NCBI RefSeq assembly: GCF_001194135.2
Contig: NC_068982.1
Coordinates: 154,072,919-154,136,918 of the forward strand
Direction of reading: 5' to 3'
Length of the DNA stretch: 64,000 nt
From: Octopus bimaculoides
Taxonomy: Eukaryota
The notes below the pieces were generated by a model. That model did not search any database and was not told where the DNA came from. It worked only from the letters and a program-made list of their open reading frames with translations. Each line of letters starts with the position of its first letter. The stretch's first letter is position 1. The position numbers and the translations under genes were made by a program. Of the stretch, positions 26,507 to 39,043 are shown piece by piece.

Positions 26507-27937
26507 CTCCTATATTCCTGGCCCTGTAACCAATATTGACACTAAATATCTTGTCTTGGCAAGATATTTCATGCAAATAGCTTGAGTGTGTATGTGTGTA
26601 TGCATTATATATATGGGAGAATTTACGAAACAACAGACGAAGACAGGTGGTGTAAACAACAAATGGATGTATTAGTTTAACGCTCGGGAATAGAGAAACG
26701 CACACACACACACATACATGCACGTAAGCATGTGTATTTGCACACGCGCGCGCGCGTGTGTGTGTGTGCGTGTGTCATACAGCAGAATGACCCAGTCGCA
26801 TACGCCATAAACACGATGTACTACAAATAAAATAGATAAACAACCGATAAAACATTTGTGATCTAAGAATTATGAGTCTTTTCGAATTTCTCTTTGTTAA
26901 GGAAAAAATTGTTATTTAAGAAAGTGTTGCCGTAGTTAGAATATTCAGTAAGATAAGGTATCCGTTGGCTAAACATTTTGAGAAATGTATAATTTTGAGA
27001 AAGGCTAACAGAAAGGGACAGAGTATGACACAATCAACCTATAATTGAATGTTTTAGAAACAAAAAAACTTTTTTCTATACATCACTTGGGCTTGTTACT
27101 ATACAGTAATTCATGATTTAAAATCTGGAGACGCCTGAAGATATCGCTCCTCGAAAAATATTCATGATAAAACGACTTGTAGTATATGCAAAACAACAAC
27201 ATAACACATCAATACAGAACTCAATTGTAATCAACAATTATTTCACATATAATTCAAAGCAGGTTGCTTTATAAATAAATTCCTTGTTGGAATATAAAGC
27301 TACGTGTTTATGTTTACTGCAATAATAACCATAGAAAGAAGTTGTGCTCACAGGGAAAAATAATCGCCAAGTTACTCGATTTTGTGCAGATTTCTTTAGT
27401 TTTTATTTCTTACATTTAGCGCGTATATCGCTTTGAGCAGTATTTTAGAGTTCTTCTCAGGGGATAAAATAGAAGTTACAATGTTGAAGGAAAGAATATC
27501 TGTAATAAATGTATATAGCAATAATTTCTATCATTTATGTTAATAATCTAGTAATTTGTATTCAGCGAACGCTCTACGAATATATATANNNNNNNNNNNN
27601 NNNNNNNNNNNNNNNNNNNNNNNNNNNNNNNNNNNNNNNNNNNNNNNNNNNNNNNNNNNNNNNNNATATATATATATATATATATAATATGTGTGTATTC
27701 GTTAGAGAAAACAATCATTGCTTGTGAAGGTGTATGCAAATGTTCTCTCTCATGAAGAATCACTCACGTGTATATACATACTTTTCGGAATATACTAATG
27801 TACTCCCATATAAGCAATTTCCCATAAATACACACACACTTACACTTACACACACACACACAGATGCACCCACACACATGCATTCATTCATGCATACACA
27901 CATGGATTAAATACACACATCAATGTATGTGTATGTA

Positions 27938-27968
<31 letters not shown>

Positions 27969-28207
27969 GTGTGTGTGTGTGTATGTGTGTGTAATGAGAT
28001 GACTCTGCTGCTAAATGACTAATAACCAAAACTAATAAAAGAATAGGATATAAACTTACTAAGCGTGATCAAAGTTTCCCTGAGACTTTTAAGTTACTGT
28101 TATGTCTCAACGCTACTGCTATCTAGCACCTTCGGATGATCTCCACTCAACCGCTACACAGCTGCTACTCGACTGCTACTCAACACTACTCGACTGCTAC
28201 TCAACAC

Positions 28208-28438
28208 TTTTTCTCTTTATTCGGCACTTACGGTCATACCACAGAGGGGGACACTACAAGGACAGACACATTACAATGGGAATATAAAACATAAAACGAA
28301 TGACAATGAGATATTATATAATGAAGAAATGAAATGGCTGCATGGGCCCCATTCCCATGCAGTACTATTTGAACGTTTATATACACTATTTCTATTTAAC
28401 ATTGTTCATTTTTTTCTATTGTTTTTTTCTTAATTATC

Positions 28439-28503
<65 letters not shown>

Positions 28504-30101
28504 ATAACACGAAACACTTTTACTTTTTTTCCTACTTTTTGTTCCTTTTATTTCCAAACAATTTTACTCTTTTTTTTTTTTAATATCTCATAAAAGGCTC
28601 CAAGTCCTTGAGTTCGATTACTGGTGGCAGCTCGTCGAACTCTACCGCTACTCCGAGCGGATCAATCTTTTCTGTATGTGTCCTTATCGACCACAATGGC
28701 CTTCACATTTTCAGAGTACACATCTGTGGATAACTTTACTCTTATAATATGTATAAATTTTACAATTTTTTTCTCCGTCTACTTGTTCTTTGAATATGTC
28801 ACAAAATTCCATTTGTTTTTCCATCTTCTTGGTTTTTTTTCTTTTCTTCTTCCGTTACTGGTGTCTTTCCCTCTTCAACTCTAAACAATCTCTCCATTTC
28901 ACCCTCGCACATTTGCACTCCCGAATCTTTTTCCTTCGCTGTGACAACCGACGTCATTAGCACTGCTTCCTCCTTCTGCAAATACACCTTTTCAATTGTC
29001 TTCTCTCTCTCTTTCTCCATCACCTCTTCGTCTGCCATCCCTCTGGTCACAGCTTCCTTTTCCACTTCTTCTTTCTTCTTTTTCTGGTTCTCTGGTGGCT
29101 AGTTTGTTCTTCCACTCCTCCTTCGTTTTCTTTCCACCACCGTGAATCCCTCCTCCGTTGTATTTTCTTCTGTCTCTGTCTGTACTACCTGGTTCGTGTT
29201 TTCCTGTTTTTCTGTTGGTTCTCTCTGTGGACATCTCGCCTTCAAGTAGCCTTTCTCCCCACATGCAAAACATATAGGCGGCCTGCCCTCCACTTTTACT
29301 CTAAATCTTAGGTCGTCGGGCAGCACTATCTCTTCATCGATTCCATTTAAATCTTCCACTGTTGCCTGGATAGTGAGTTCAATTCCATATCCCCAGTAAT
29401 CAACACTTTGTGTTCTTGTGGCCTTCAATATCTTGGCCTCTTCCTTCATATTGAACATTATTGCTGTCATCAGCCATGCTTCTTCTAGCTCTGGGGGTAC
29501 TTTGCCTACTCGCACTCTGGCCACACGTTTGCCACAGTACGACGGCAACAGCACCCATTCCTCCGATCGTATAGCTTCCGTAGAGTTCTTAATTGCTTCT
29601 ATTTTTGTTGCAAAGCGTACCTCCACAGTGGCATACTTTCTTCCTCTTGTTATAAATGTTGTTTCTTTCCTGATACTTTTCAAGCATTCCTCAATCTCCT
29701 CCACTGTCGCGAGCTCTATCTTTCTTGTTGCAATTTTCATGGTTTTAAATACCACAGTTCTCTTTCTTACACCGCTTATCAGCTCCGCAAGCGGTGTCAA
29801 CTTCAACATGTCTCCGACTTTCGCCAGCAACTTCTCACATTCTTCCATTTTCTTCGGCTCCACCTTAATTTCAATTGTTTCCAGTTTTCCTTCCTCTGTT
29901 CCTCTTCCAGTAGCGGCCGCATCACTCTGGCCACCTACCGGCGCTTTCTCTATTTTCCCATAATTGGAAGAGAGAAAAAACAACGAACAATATCAACAAT
30001 CAACACCAATAATTAACAACAAATTTTTCATCAAAAAATATTCAACGTTGCAACTTACTTCAAAAACTCTCCGTTATCGAAAACTCAACTCAAATTCCAA
30101 A
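28208..30101 (-). mobile_element. ORF1-only (HAL1-like) non-autonomous non-LTR retro-element, 1894 bp
   Basis: 15-bp TSD actgctactcaacac at 28193-28207 and 30102-30116; single Gag/ORF1-like frame; no EN/RT; 3' end AATAAAGAGAAAA; internal (GA)n at 28442-28500. Confidence 0.75.
28799..29983 (-). pseudogene. L1/Tx1-type ORF1 (RRM-like region plus zinc knuckle plus acidic/basic tail), lightly disrupted
   Basis: ORFs 29099-29983 and 28799-29065 are in the same frame, separated by one TAG. Motifs RVRVGKVPP, VKVEGRPPICFACGEKGYLKARC (CCHC with H>Y), EEGFTVVERKRRR. The ATG at 29961 is one base out of frame. Confidence 0.8.
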
Positions 30102-30139
30102 ACTGCTACTCAACACCCCTACCACGGCCAGACTACCTC

Positions 30140-30147
30140 TATTTATA
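30140..30147 (-). promoter_or_regulatory. TATA box of the solo-LTR-like element, upstream of the ORF1 insertion
   Basis: GCATATAAATAGAG; begins 31 nt upstream of the TSD start at 30116. Confidence 0.5.
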
Positions 30148-30542
30148 TGCCTTCGGAGATCCTATTTCTTCGCCTGGAGGCGTCGATACAGCAGTTACTA
30201 TGTCACATTTCCTTCTAACGTGTCAGATCAGCCATTTACCATTCCACTGACACGTCGATGAACCAACTAAAGACTATGGCCAAGGAAAGATCCAGCAAAA
30301 ACAATGGCCCTCTGAACAAAAACAGACACGATACAAAAAACATTAATGGTTTTAACCTTCAAGATGCTTTTAAAAGAAATATGGAACACTCATACACTCA
30401 CATACATATACATATTAATATGCACGTGCGCACGCACACGCACACACACACACACATCCATGCATCCATATGTATTTCTCTTTTCCTTATCCTGATCAAC
30501 TCAAAAATTATAAAACTCACAACAAAAGTATACATATTTTTC

Positions 30543-30730
30543 AGGCAGCGAGCTGGCAGAATCATTAGCACACCGCGGTATTTCGTACGTCTTTACATTC
30601 TGAGTTTAAATTCCGACGCCTTTTATCCTTTCGGAGGTCTATAAAATATCTTCCAGTTGTGCATTGAGGTCGATGTAATCGAATTACCCCATCCCCGAAA
30701 TTGCTGGCCTAGTTCCAAAATTTGAAATCA
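30543..30730 (+). mobile_element. Family-A SINE copy (internally deleted)
   Basis: ggcagcgagctggcagaatcattagcac...gtcgatgtaatcga...gaaattgctggcct. Confidence 0.85.
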
Positions 30731-31172
30731 TTGTTTTCTTTTGTTTTTGTTTTTGTTTTTTTTTTGTTTTTTTCAGCATCTTACACTGAATTTTTATGGG
30801 GTTTTTTATGTGTTTCGATATATACCTCTTCTTTGTTTGAATTCAGTTATAAATTTTTCCTAACTCAGTTGTATAACCTTCACAATTCTTCCAATAACTT
30901 CTTCTAGTTATCTCCCCTTACCTCACAGTTACACGATTCTGCTGCCGGAGGTATTTCAATTCACAAGTCTTTCAATGATCAATAAGTTTTCTCGTCGTTA
31001 AGATAATATCCCTTACAGAATTGGTCTTGTAAAGGTGGCGGATACATTATTCATTCAAAAGCTTTTATTAATCAATTTTCGTATCATATTGATTTCGTAT
31101 TAAACAGGTAATTCCTTTTGTGATACTTTGCCATTTGTTTCAAATATTTGTTTATTTCTTTATAGTACGAAC

Positions 31173-31479
31173 CTTTCAAATGAGCAAAGAAATATGTCTG
31201 CTCTCTAAATGAATTTTTAGAGCAATAGGGCTGAGGAAAAATACTAAATACAAACATGTGTGGAACAGTTTCTGATATATCTTTAATGTTCCATACTCAA
31301 ATGTTCCACACTCTAATGTTTCATTCTTCTTTTCTACCATCTCATACAACAATGAAATAACACGTCATATGTCCATACATTACAGTTTGTATCTTACTGC
31401 TATACTTCTAAATTTAGATCTCTCGTGGTTATAGTGTGGTAAATGTAATATTTTACTTTTCTGATCAATCTTGACATTT
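31173..31479 (-). CDS. Candidate exon pair (31479-31398 and 31230-31173) of an unidentified gene
   Basis: TCTTTTATTGCAG / GTAAGA and TTTTTCCTCAG / AAG|GTTCGT; phases join to give NVKIDQKSKILHLPHYNHERSKFRSIA-PYCSKNSFREQTYFFAHLK; 167-nt intron. Confidence 0.35.
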
Positions 31480-33389
31480 CTGCAATAAAAGATGACCAAA
31501 TAAATATACAATAAAATTCGATCAATGACAGTGTAGAAAATACACGGCTTATATAATTTCTTTTGGCTGTCTCAAAACACCGAGTCGTTTGCATGCTTTG
31601 TTGTTGTTGCTGTTGTTGTTATTGTTGTACTGCTGCTGTTGTTGTTGTTCTTGCTTAGCCCCGGGTCAGTTCAATGATATTCCATCGATAAACATCCACT
31701 CTTTTTGTAAAATCCAGGACTACATTTTCCAATAGACACTCTTGTTTCTAAAAGACTAAGACATAATTTGAGGAAAATTTGGTTACGGTTTCTAGCATAT
31801 CGAGCGGCCGTAGCGAGTTTCGTCAGCTCGTCTCTACGACATTGACCAAAGGGTTAAAATTATCATCTACTGATACCCTGTCACTGGAGTTGTTGTTACT
31901 GTGTTACCCTAGATCACCCCTGATCAAACACCTCAATTTACGTTACCCGGTTTAACACCACCACCGAACATCTCGGGTACTTTTAGTGGAACCCATTTTG
32001 TTGCAAACATTTGGGCCAGGTCTTCAGTTAGTTTCAGAACACCTTCCTCTCTCCCTTAATTCTCCTCATCAGTTTTGAAGGTCTTGTAAGAAATCATGGT
32101 CACAGCCCTTCTCTCTTGACAATAATATTAAAATGTTGTCGGCCGAACGACAAGGCCTCGACCGCAGGTAATTTTTCCCAGTTATACCCTGTTTCCGCCT
32201 AACCACACTGAACACCGCGACATGCAAGAATGAACTGAATGGGAACTAGTGTAACAGACTGAGCACATTTCTCTGTCTGGGAAGCTTCTACACGATCACT
32301 CGAGATGGAAGGAATTGCAGCTGCTGTCTTCGAAGCGGTTAAATAGTCAAGATGAAGATACTGACATTTCTAACGGTAATTATGATTGATATAGTTATAT
32401 AACGGGATATGTTGTTGTTGTTGTTGTTGTTGTTTGTGCTGATGTTGTCGTTGTTGCTATCATTGTTTCTACTGCTTCTCCTGTTGTTGTTGCTGTTGTT
32501 TCTTCTGTTGTCATGTCTGAGATCGAACAGTTAGTGGACCCTCAAGACCATTGTATCTTTTCACTTTCAGAAACAGTGTGTCTGAGACTGAAATTTTCTG
32601 TCATTCCCTTTTTAAGGCAGTAAGAGTTCTAATTTGAGTGAATCTAGATTGCTCTATCTAGCCGGTGAGCGGCCACATAGATGTTGTATCCACGTGATTA
32701 GCAGGCAACGTCACACACAGCTGTTCTTAGAATCATATATCAAATTCAACAATATATAGCGACAGATCAACAAATTAGCTTTGGCTCAACCATTTACCAA
32801 ATGCACCTGATAGCCCTCCACTACGTTAGCTAGCATTTAATTTAATTAATTAGTCTTAGAAAACTGTGTTGGCATGGTGGAATCAATAGATCGCTAGAAA
32901 AATGCTTTGTAATATTATGTAATGACTCGAGGTCGATAAAATAAAGTACCTCTCATGTGTGTGTGTGTGCGTGTGTGCGTGTGTGTGTGTGTGCGCGCGC
33001 GCGTGATTTTTCTTTAAGTTTCTTGAGAGTTCAAGCCGGTCGCTAACAAAGCGAGAAGACCTTTTGAATTAAGACAGTTTTATGTATGTATTTTCATGTA
33101 TATAGCTGAATGTCTAAACATGTGCATATATACTTGAATGTATGTTACATATGTCATTGTTCAGTTTTATTTCAAGATTTCTTGGCAATAGAGACAGAAC
33201 CGGTTTCTAACCTAGATCCAAAGCTCCTTCATTGGAATTTCAACATCAACAACAGGGTATTTTTGTTTGTATGTACATATGTATGTTTGTATGTATGTAT
33301 GTATGTATGTATGTATGTATGTGCAGATTTGTATGTTTTATGTATGTATTCTCGTGCATATCGTTACATATCTAGACATGCTCATACAT

Positions 33390-35880
33390 ATTTAAATGAT
33401 AAACTTCTGGAAAGTTTTACAGATTTTTGCAGTTCCAGTGATGGATTGGATCTGTAGTCTTCGAATTATCTTTCTCCTTTTTTGTTTTGAGAAGCCTAAT
33501 TTCTCAAGATTGGTATTTAGGGGCCCAATAATTACAGGTATAAACCTCAACTTGTAATCTGGATAGAGTAACTGCAGATTTCTCAATAGTTCAACGGAGG
33601 TGTTCTCTTTTTCACTGATCCTCAGCTTTATGTTAACATCCGCTGGGCAGCTACTTTCCACAACTGTGCGCAGTTTCTCTTCCCTATCCCAAATCATTAT
33701 ATCAAATCTGTTGTGCTTACATTTTATTGAGGTCTTCACTGGTACATTCCACCAGTATANNNNNNNNNNNNNNNNNNNNNNNNNNNNNNNNNNNNNNNNN
33801 NNNNNNNNNNNNNNNNNNNNNNNNNNNNNNNNNNNNNNNNNNNNNNNCCTATCCCAAATCATTATATCAAATCTGTTGTGCTTACATTTTATTGAGGTCT
33901 TCACTGGTACATTCCACCAGTATACCTTTTCATAATGAGTGGCTATGTCTTCTACCATATTATGGTTTTTTTATTTCTTTGTCCTCGGGATTATCCTTCC
34001 AATGGATTTCATTATAGAGTGTCCTAGCTACAACGTCATGTCTCATCGGTAGATAACACCCTGATGACATTTTCGGACAACTGCTTATGATGTTGGTGAT
34101 ATCTTCAGTGTGAACTCTACAAAGTTTGCATCGGTTGTCACATTTTACTGCTTTTCCTGCATCTCTATCCTTTTGTGCATCAGGTGCTTGGTTGATATCT
34201 CCTGTTCCTGGATTGCAAAGTGGGACGAAGTAATCTGGCTATTGGTCCATGATAAACTGCTTTGATGATCAATGTTACTATCATCAAGGAACTTTCTACT
34301 AACAAACATATCCATGCATAGTTTTCTGCTCATATAGGCTCATCCTTTCATCTGATGATACGTTGCCGTGGAATCGGGCAACTTCTTTGGGCATGTATTC
34401 TAGGTTATCAGACACAGAAGGTTGCTCAAGGAGCTGCCTTCCAAGTCTTATCATGTTATCAGTTTCATATATGCAAACCTGATCAAGGGATACACTTCGA
34501 CACTCGGTGGGTGGTTAGAAGATGTTGCTGAAGGGATATGATGTGACGTTCGAAGGGATTTTGGATCGATGTTAAGCCTCTGCCGCCCTGTTTTCGTTTT
34601 AGGTGCAGGCGGTCTACGTCGCTGTTTATGTGGAAATTATGTGTACTTGTTAGTATTTTTCTGGTTTTCACATCAATGGCTCGGATCTCATCAAGCAGCC
34701 CAACTGTGGGCCACTGTTTTATTGAATGCAAAGAGTTCTGAGGTCCAAATTTTCTTTATTCAGCTGTAATATTCTTTAGTGACACGTGTTTTATTACGGG
34801 TGCCATTGTAAGATATATTTTCATCCACCCCTAGATACCGATAACATTACTCCTCAGATACAGGGGAAACAGACAAATCATTGATGGAGATGTTAATAGT
34901 CTAGTTTATAGTCTTTCCCCCTTTTCACAACCATATAACAACATTTATCCTGACAAATCTCCAACCTTACATCCTTTGAGAATGTTGTAACTAGGTCAAG
35001 GCTCTTTTTCCTTTCATGCATTTTCATTTCATGCATATTTTAGTGGTCCGCATAGAAACTGTGTAATTTTGTTATTTTTGTTTCCCTTGTGAACCAGTGA
35101 GATATCCTTCAAACTTTCTTAACATGAATGACTAGGGGTTTACAGAAAGTATAAACAACTCTGTGTTTAATTTTAAGATGGTGGCCCACGACGAAATCAG
35201 GTCAGCTATGGCTTTGACTATTCTTACTGGAACTTTAGCAAGTTGAAGGGTTTCTAGCATCCATGAGTGGGGAACAGAGTCAAATGCTTTCTTGTAATCT
35301 AGCCATATTGAAACTAGGTTCCTCCTATGCTCCTGTACCTCTGACATCACAGTTTTGTTGATTAGCAATTGCTCGGAACATCCCCAGACTCCCCTCTTCC
35401 CAGCTGTTTGTTATGCTATGATAATGTTATTAGTTTCACAATGGTCTTGAAGGAAGAGGTTTAAACAGGTTGTACATATCTTATGCATTAAGTTCTGGCA
35501 TTCAATTAACCAGTGATTTTTTTTGCCATGTGGGTGGTTCTGCATTTGGGGATCAAATTTGTCTCTGCCAGAGCCAGCCAGTGTGGTATGCTACTGTTCA
35601 CAATGAAAGCTTGCTGGTACAGATTGATAAGATATTGTCGGAAGAATGTTAGCTTCTTGTACCAATATCCAACAATCAAGTCTCTTCCAGGTGCTTTTCC
35701 ATCCTGGAGTTTCTGGATCACAGTTACCATTGGTTCACCATCAATGTTGTATGTCTTGGATGTAACGCAAGAGTAATAACTTTTTCGGATTTCTTCCAGC
35801 TACAGAGCATCTTTATTGAATTCCTTCTCTTCGCTCCTGATTTTCCTCCAGAAGGAGTCTATTTATTGCTCCTCCTCTCA
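33390..35880 (-). mobile_element. R4/Dong-like LINE (RT, zinc knuckle, REL endonuclease), degenerate and 5'-truncated
   Basis: KAPGRDLIVGYWYKKL; WLDYKKAFDSVPHSW; DVDRLHLKRKQGGRGL; WWNVPVKTSIKCKHNRFDIMIWD...SCPADVN; IPVIIGPL. Confidence 0.9.
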
Positions 35881-35902
35881 TTTTCATGTCTATGTATGTA
35901 TC

Positions 35903-36353
35903 TACGTACGTACGTACGTACGAATTAAGTAATGAGATGAGATGGTGGAGAGAAGCAGAGAGGATGGTATATTGCTGTTGCTGTTGTTGTTGTTGTGTAA
36001 CTGCAGATCAGATAAAGTTAGATGGAGTTGAAACCGGTGGTAATAGATCTCCGCCGTACAGCGAGTATTCACTTGTTTGATCAACTGAATTACCTTCTCA
36101 TGAATTAATGTATAGACAAACAATCAGACCGGCAAACAGATAGAAGAGATGAATGGATGGATGGATGGATGGATGGAAGGGCATGTTGATAGATAGATAG
36201 ACAGAAAAACAGTTAGATAGACTCTAGGTAGGTAGGTAGGTATGTAGGTAGGTAGGTAGGTAGGTAGGTAGGTAGGTAGGTAGGTAGGTAGGTAGGTAGG
36301 TACACACGCACGCACGCAGACAGACAGACAGACAGACAGACAGATAGACAGAC

Positions 36354-36412
<59 letters not shown>
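35903..36412. repeat. Compound tetranucleotide tracts (TACG, ATGG, TAGG, CAGA, TAGA)
   Basis: Direct reading. Confidence 0.95.
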
Positions 36413-36413
<1 letters not shown>

Positions 36414-36811
36414 GTGTAAACAAAAGAGAGATATCAGTTGGAGAAGAAGAAAGAGAAAAGCCAAATAAATGTTGTTCGTTTAGATTATACTAATCGATAA
36501 TTCCCAGATGGAAGATTAAAGTATCACCCTGAATGTTTACGGTTGTCACATAAAACATGATGTAAGACAATGCTGTAGAAGAGGAGGTGGTTTGAGGGGT
36601 GTGCAGGCAATTTATTGGCATTGTTTTTCGTTTGTCTATGTTTGCTTGCCTATATATGTCTACGTGAATATCTATACGTGTGAGTGTACGCGGATTCGTG
36701 TATGTGCGTTTTTGAATATATATGGGAATATATTTGTTTATGAGTTGTCATGTGTGTCGGTGTGTTATTTACTCGTGACTATATCTATGTGCCTGAGGAT
36801 ATAAATACGTT

Positions 36812-36846
<35 letters not shown>

Positions 36847-37083
36847 TTGTAATGGTTTTGGGGGCCGATAACTGACGAGCAAAGAGCACGTTCATGTCTT
36901 ATGCGTGAATTTTCCGTCGGTTTCTTTATCGAGCTTCAGCTTAATTTTTGATGCCTACATATATATATATATAAGTTCCATCCATAGAATATTTTTATTG
37001 CTATTTCTATATTTATCTTACAATATATCGGCACAGCCCGATACAATCCCATAAAACTTCTGTTGCAGGTTGGAATCATTAGG

Positions 37084-37123
<40 letters not shown>

Positions 37124-38407
37124 NNNNNNNNNNNNNNNNNNNNNNNNNNNNNNNNNNNNNNNNNNNNNNNNNNNNNNNNNNNNNNNNNNNNNNNNNNNNN
37201 NNNNNNNNNNNNNNNNNNNNNNNNNNNNNNNNNNNNNNNNNNNNNNNNNNNNNNNNNNNNNNNNNNNNNNNNNNNNNNNNNNNNNNNNNNNNNNNNNNNN
37301 NNNNNNNNNNNNNNNNNNNNNNNNNNNNNNNNNNNNNNNNNNNNNNNNNNNNNNNNNNNNNNNNNNNNNNNNNNNNNNNNNNNNNNNNNNNNNNNNNNNN
37401 NNNNNNNNNNNNNNNNNNNNNNNNNNNNNNNNNNNNNNNNNNNNNNNNNNNNNNNNNNNNNNNNNNNNNNNNNNNNNNNNNNNNNNNNNNNNNNNNNNNN
37501 NNNNNNNNNNNNNNNNNNNNNNNNNNNNNNNNNNNNNNNNNNNNNNNNNNNNNNNNNNNNNNNNNNNNNNNNNNNNNNNNNNNNNNNNNNNNNNNNNNNN
37601 NNNNNNNNNNNNNNNNNNNNNNNNNNNNNNNNNNNNNNNNNNNNNNNNNNNNNNNNNNNNNNNNNNNNNNNNNNNNNNNNNNNNNNNNNNNNNNNNNNNN
37701 NNNNNNNNNNNNNNNNNNNNNNNNNNNNNNNNNNNNNNNNNNNNNNNNNNNNNNNNNNNNNNNNNNNNNNNNNNNNNNNNNNNNNNNNNNNNNNNNNNNN
37801 NNNNNNNNNNNNNNNNNNNNNNNNNNNNNNNNNNNNNNNNNNNNNNNNNNNNNNNNNNNNNNNNNNNNNNTATATATATATATATATATATATTTACTTT
37901 GTTTGTGTATTAGTTTATGTGTGTTTGTGTGAATATCTATACTTATGAGTGTAGTGTACAAGTATAAACGTGTATGTGTATGTGCGGTTAAATGGTTAAG
38001 TGTGTTTTTTGTTATTAATGTGTGGTTATTTCCGTATGTGTGTAGTGTGAGTGTGCATACATGCTTAGTCAATTTTATGTGTGAGTCTTATAGTTATTTA
38101 GTAGATTAATCATGGTGCTTATTAACATTCTCTTCTGTGTGCATTACCTTGTTGTCGCAAGAGATATAAGAAACGAAGCTAAGAAAAGTGAGACCAATAT
38201 GTAACCAATGTGTAATTAATAAGTAGCCAACGTGTAATCAATCTGTTTTTCAAATGTAACCAATACGGTCGCGAAATCTCCAATATCGAATAATTTTTAA
38301 GCAAATTCAAATTTAGTTTTAATGAATTACTAAGAAGCATGAATATTAAAATTTTCATTCTTTTAATTTTAGTTTTTTAAAGAATTTAAACATGTTTACA
38401 CATTATA

Positions 38408-39043
38408 TTATTCCTAATTACGACGGTGATTTTTAAATGTCTTCTTGGATTGCTTGTAACAGGTGATGGTCTACATCGATAAAAATCAGTCGATATAAAA
38501 TTCAGAAAAATGGTAAATGTATCAGGCAGAGTAAAAAGTAAGCAACGTTTTGAAACATGAAATTCGGTTTGGTTACAGATCGGTTTGGTTACGGAGAAGA
38601 AGCAACGAACAAATCTGCGCATTTTCTGATTTTCGTTCAAATCGTGTAGTACCCATTTGTCGAGCATTTTTGATTTTCCGATCGCATGCAAATGATTGCA
38701 AGCAGTTTTTTGGCCAACTTGAAGTTCTTTTGCCAGTTCTCGAGTGGTTTTACGTGGATCTTTCTTAATGACGGTCTTTAACTGACTGTCATCGATGAAA
38801 GATGGGCGTCCACTACGCTCGCTATCTTAAAGGCTCAGGTCTCCACTGCAAAATCGTTTAAAACATTTTCGAGCTAACTACTCACTGGTCATTTCCTCAC
38901 CAAACGTTTCGTTGATATCGCGAGCAGTTTCAACTACTTTATGTCCTTTTTTGAAGTTGAATAACAAAATTGCTCGAATATCACGCTTTGACAGTTTTAC
39001 TTCAGATGATTCTAACAACGGTGAAAAAAATATCAATGTTAAT
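38408..39043 (-). mobile_element. Internally deleted mariner remnant
   Basis: ERSGRPSFIDDSQLK...TTRELAKELQVGQKTACNHLHAIGKSKMLDKWVLHDLNENQKMRRF (mariner HTH/WVPHEL region); TIR-like end at about 38408; 5' end lies in the gap. Confidence 0.85.

Larger units (their letters stand above)
28098..30193 (-). mobile_element. Solo-LTR-like element (about 187 bp reconstructed), split by a 1.9-kb insertion
   Basis: Minus strand begins TGCTGTATC (30193) and ends GACATAACA (28098); 5-bp TSD gttac at 28093-28097 and 30194-30198; TATAAATA at 30147-30140. Confidence 0.6.

Noticed and set aside
33684-33921. About 73-bp direct repeat flanking the gap inside the R4-like element
   Set aside because: Identical copies abutting a gap; most likely a scaffolding overlap, not biology.
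36860-36900. CTGACGA-GC...GC hammerhead-like start; also CTGATGA at 57217
   Set aside because: GAAA core and stem I pairing are missing in both.
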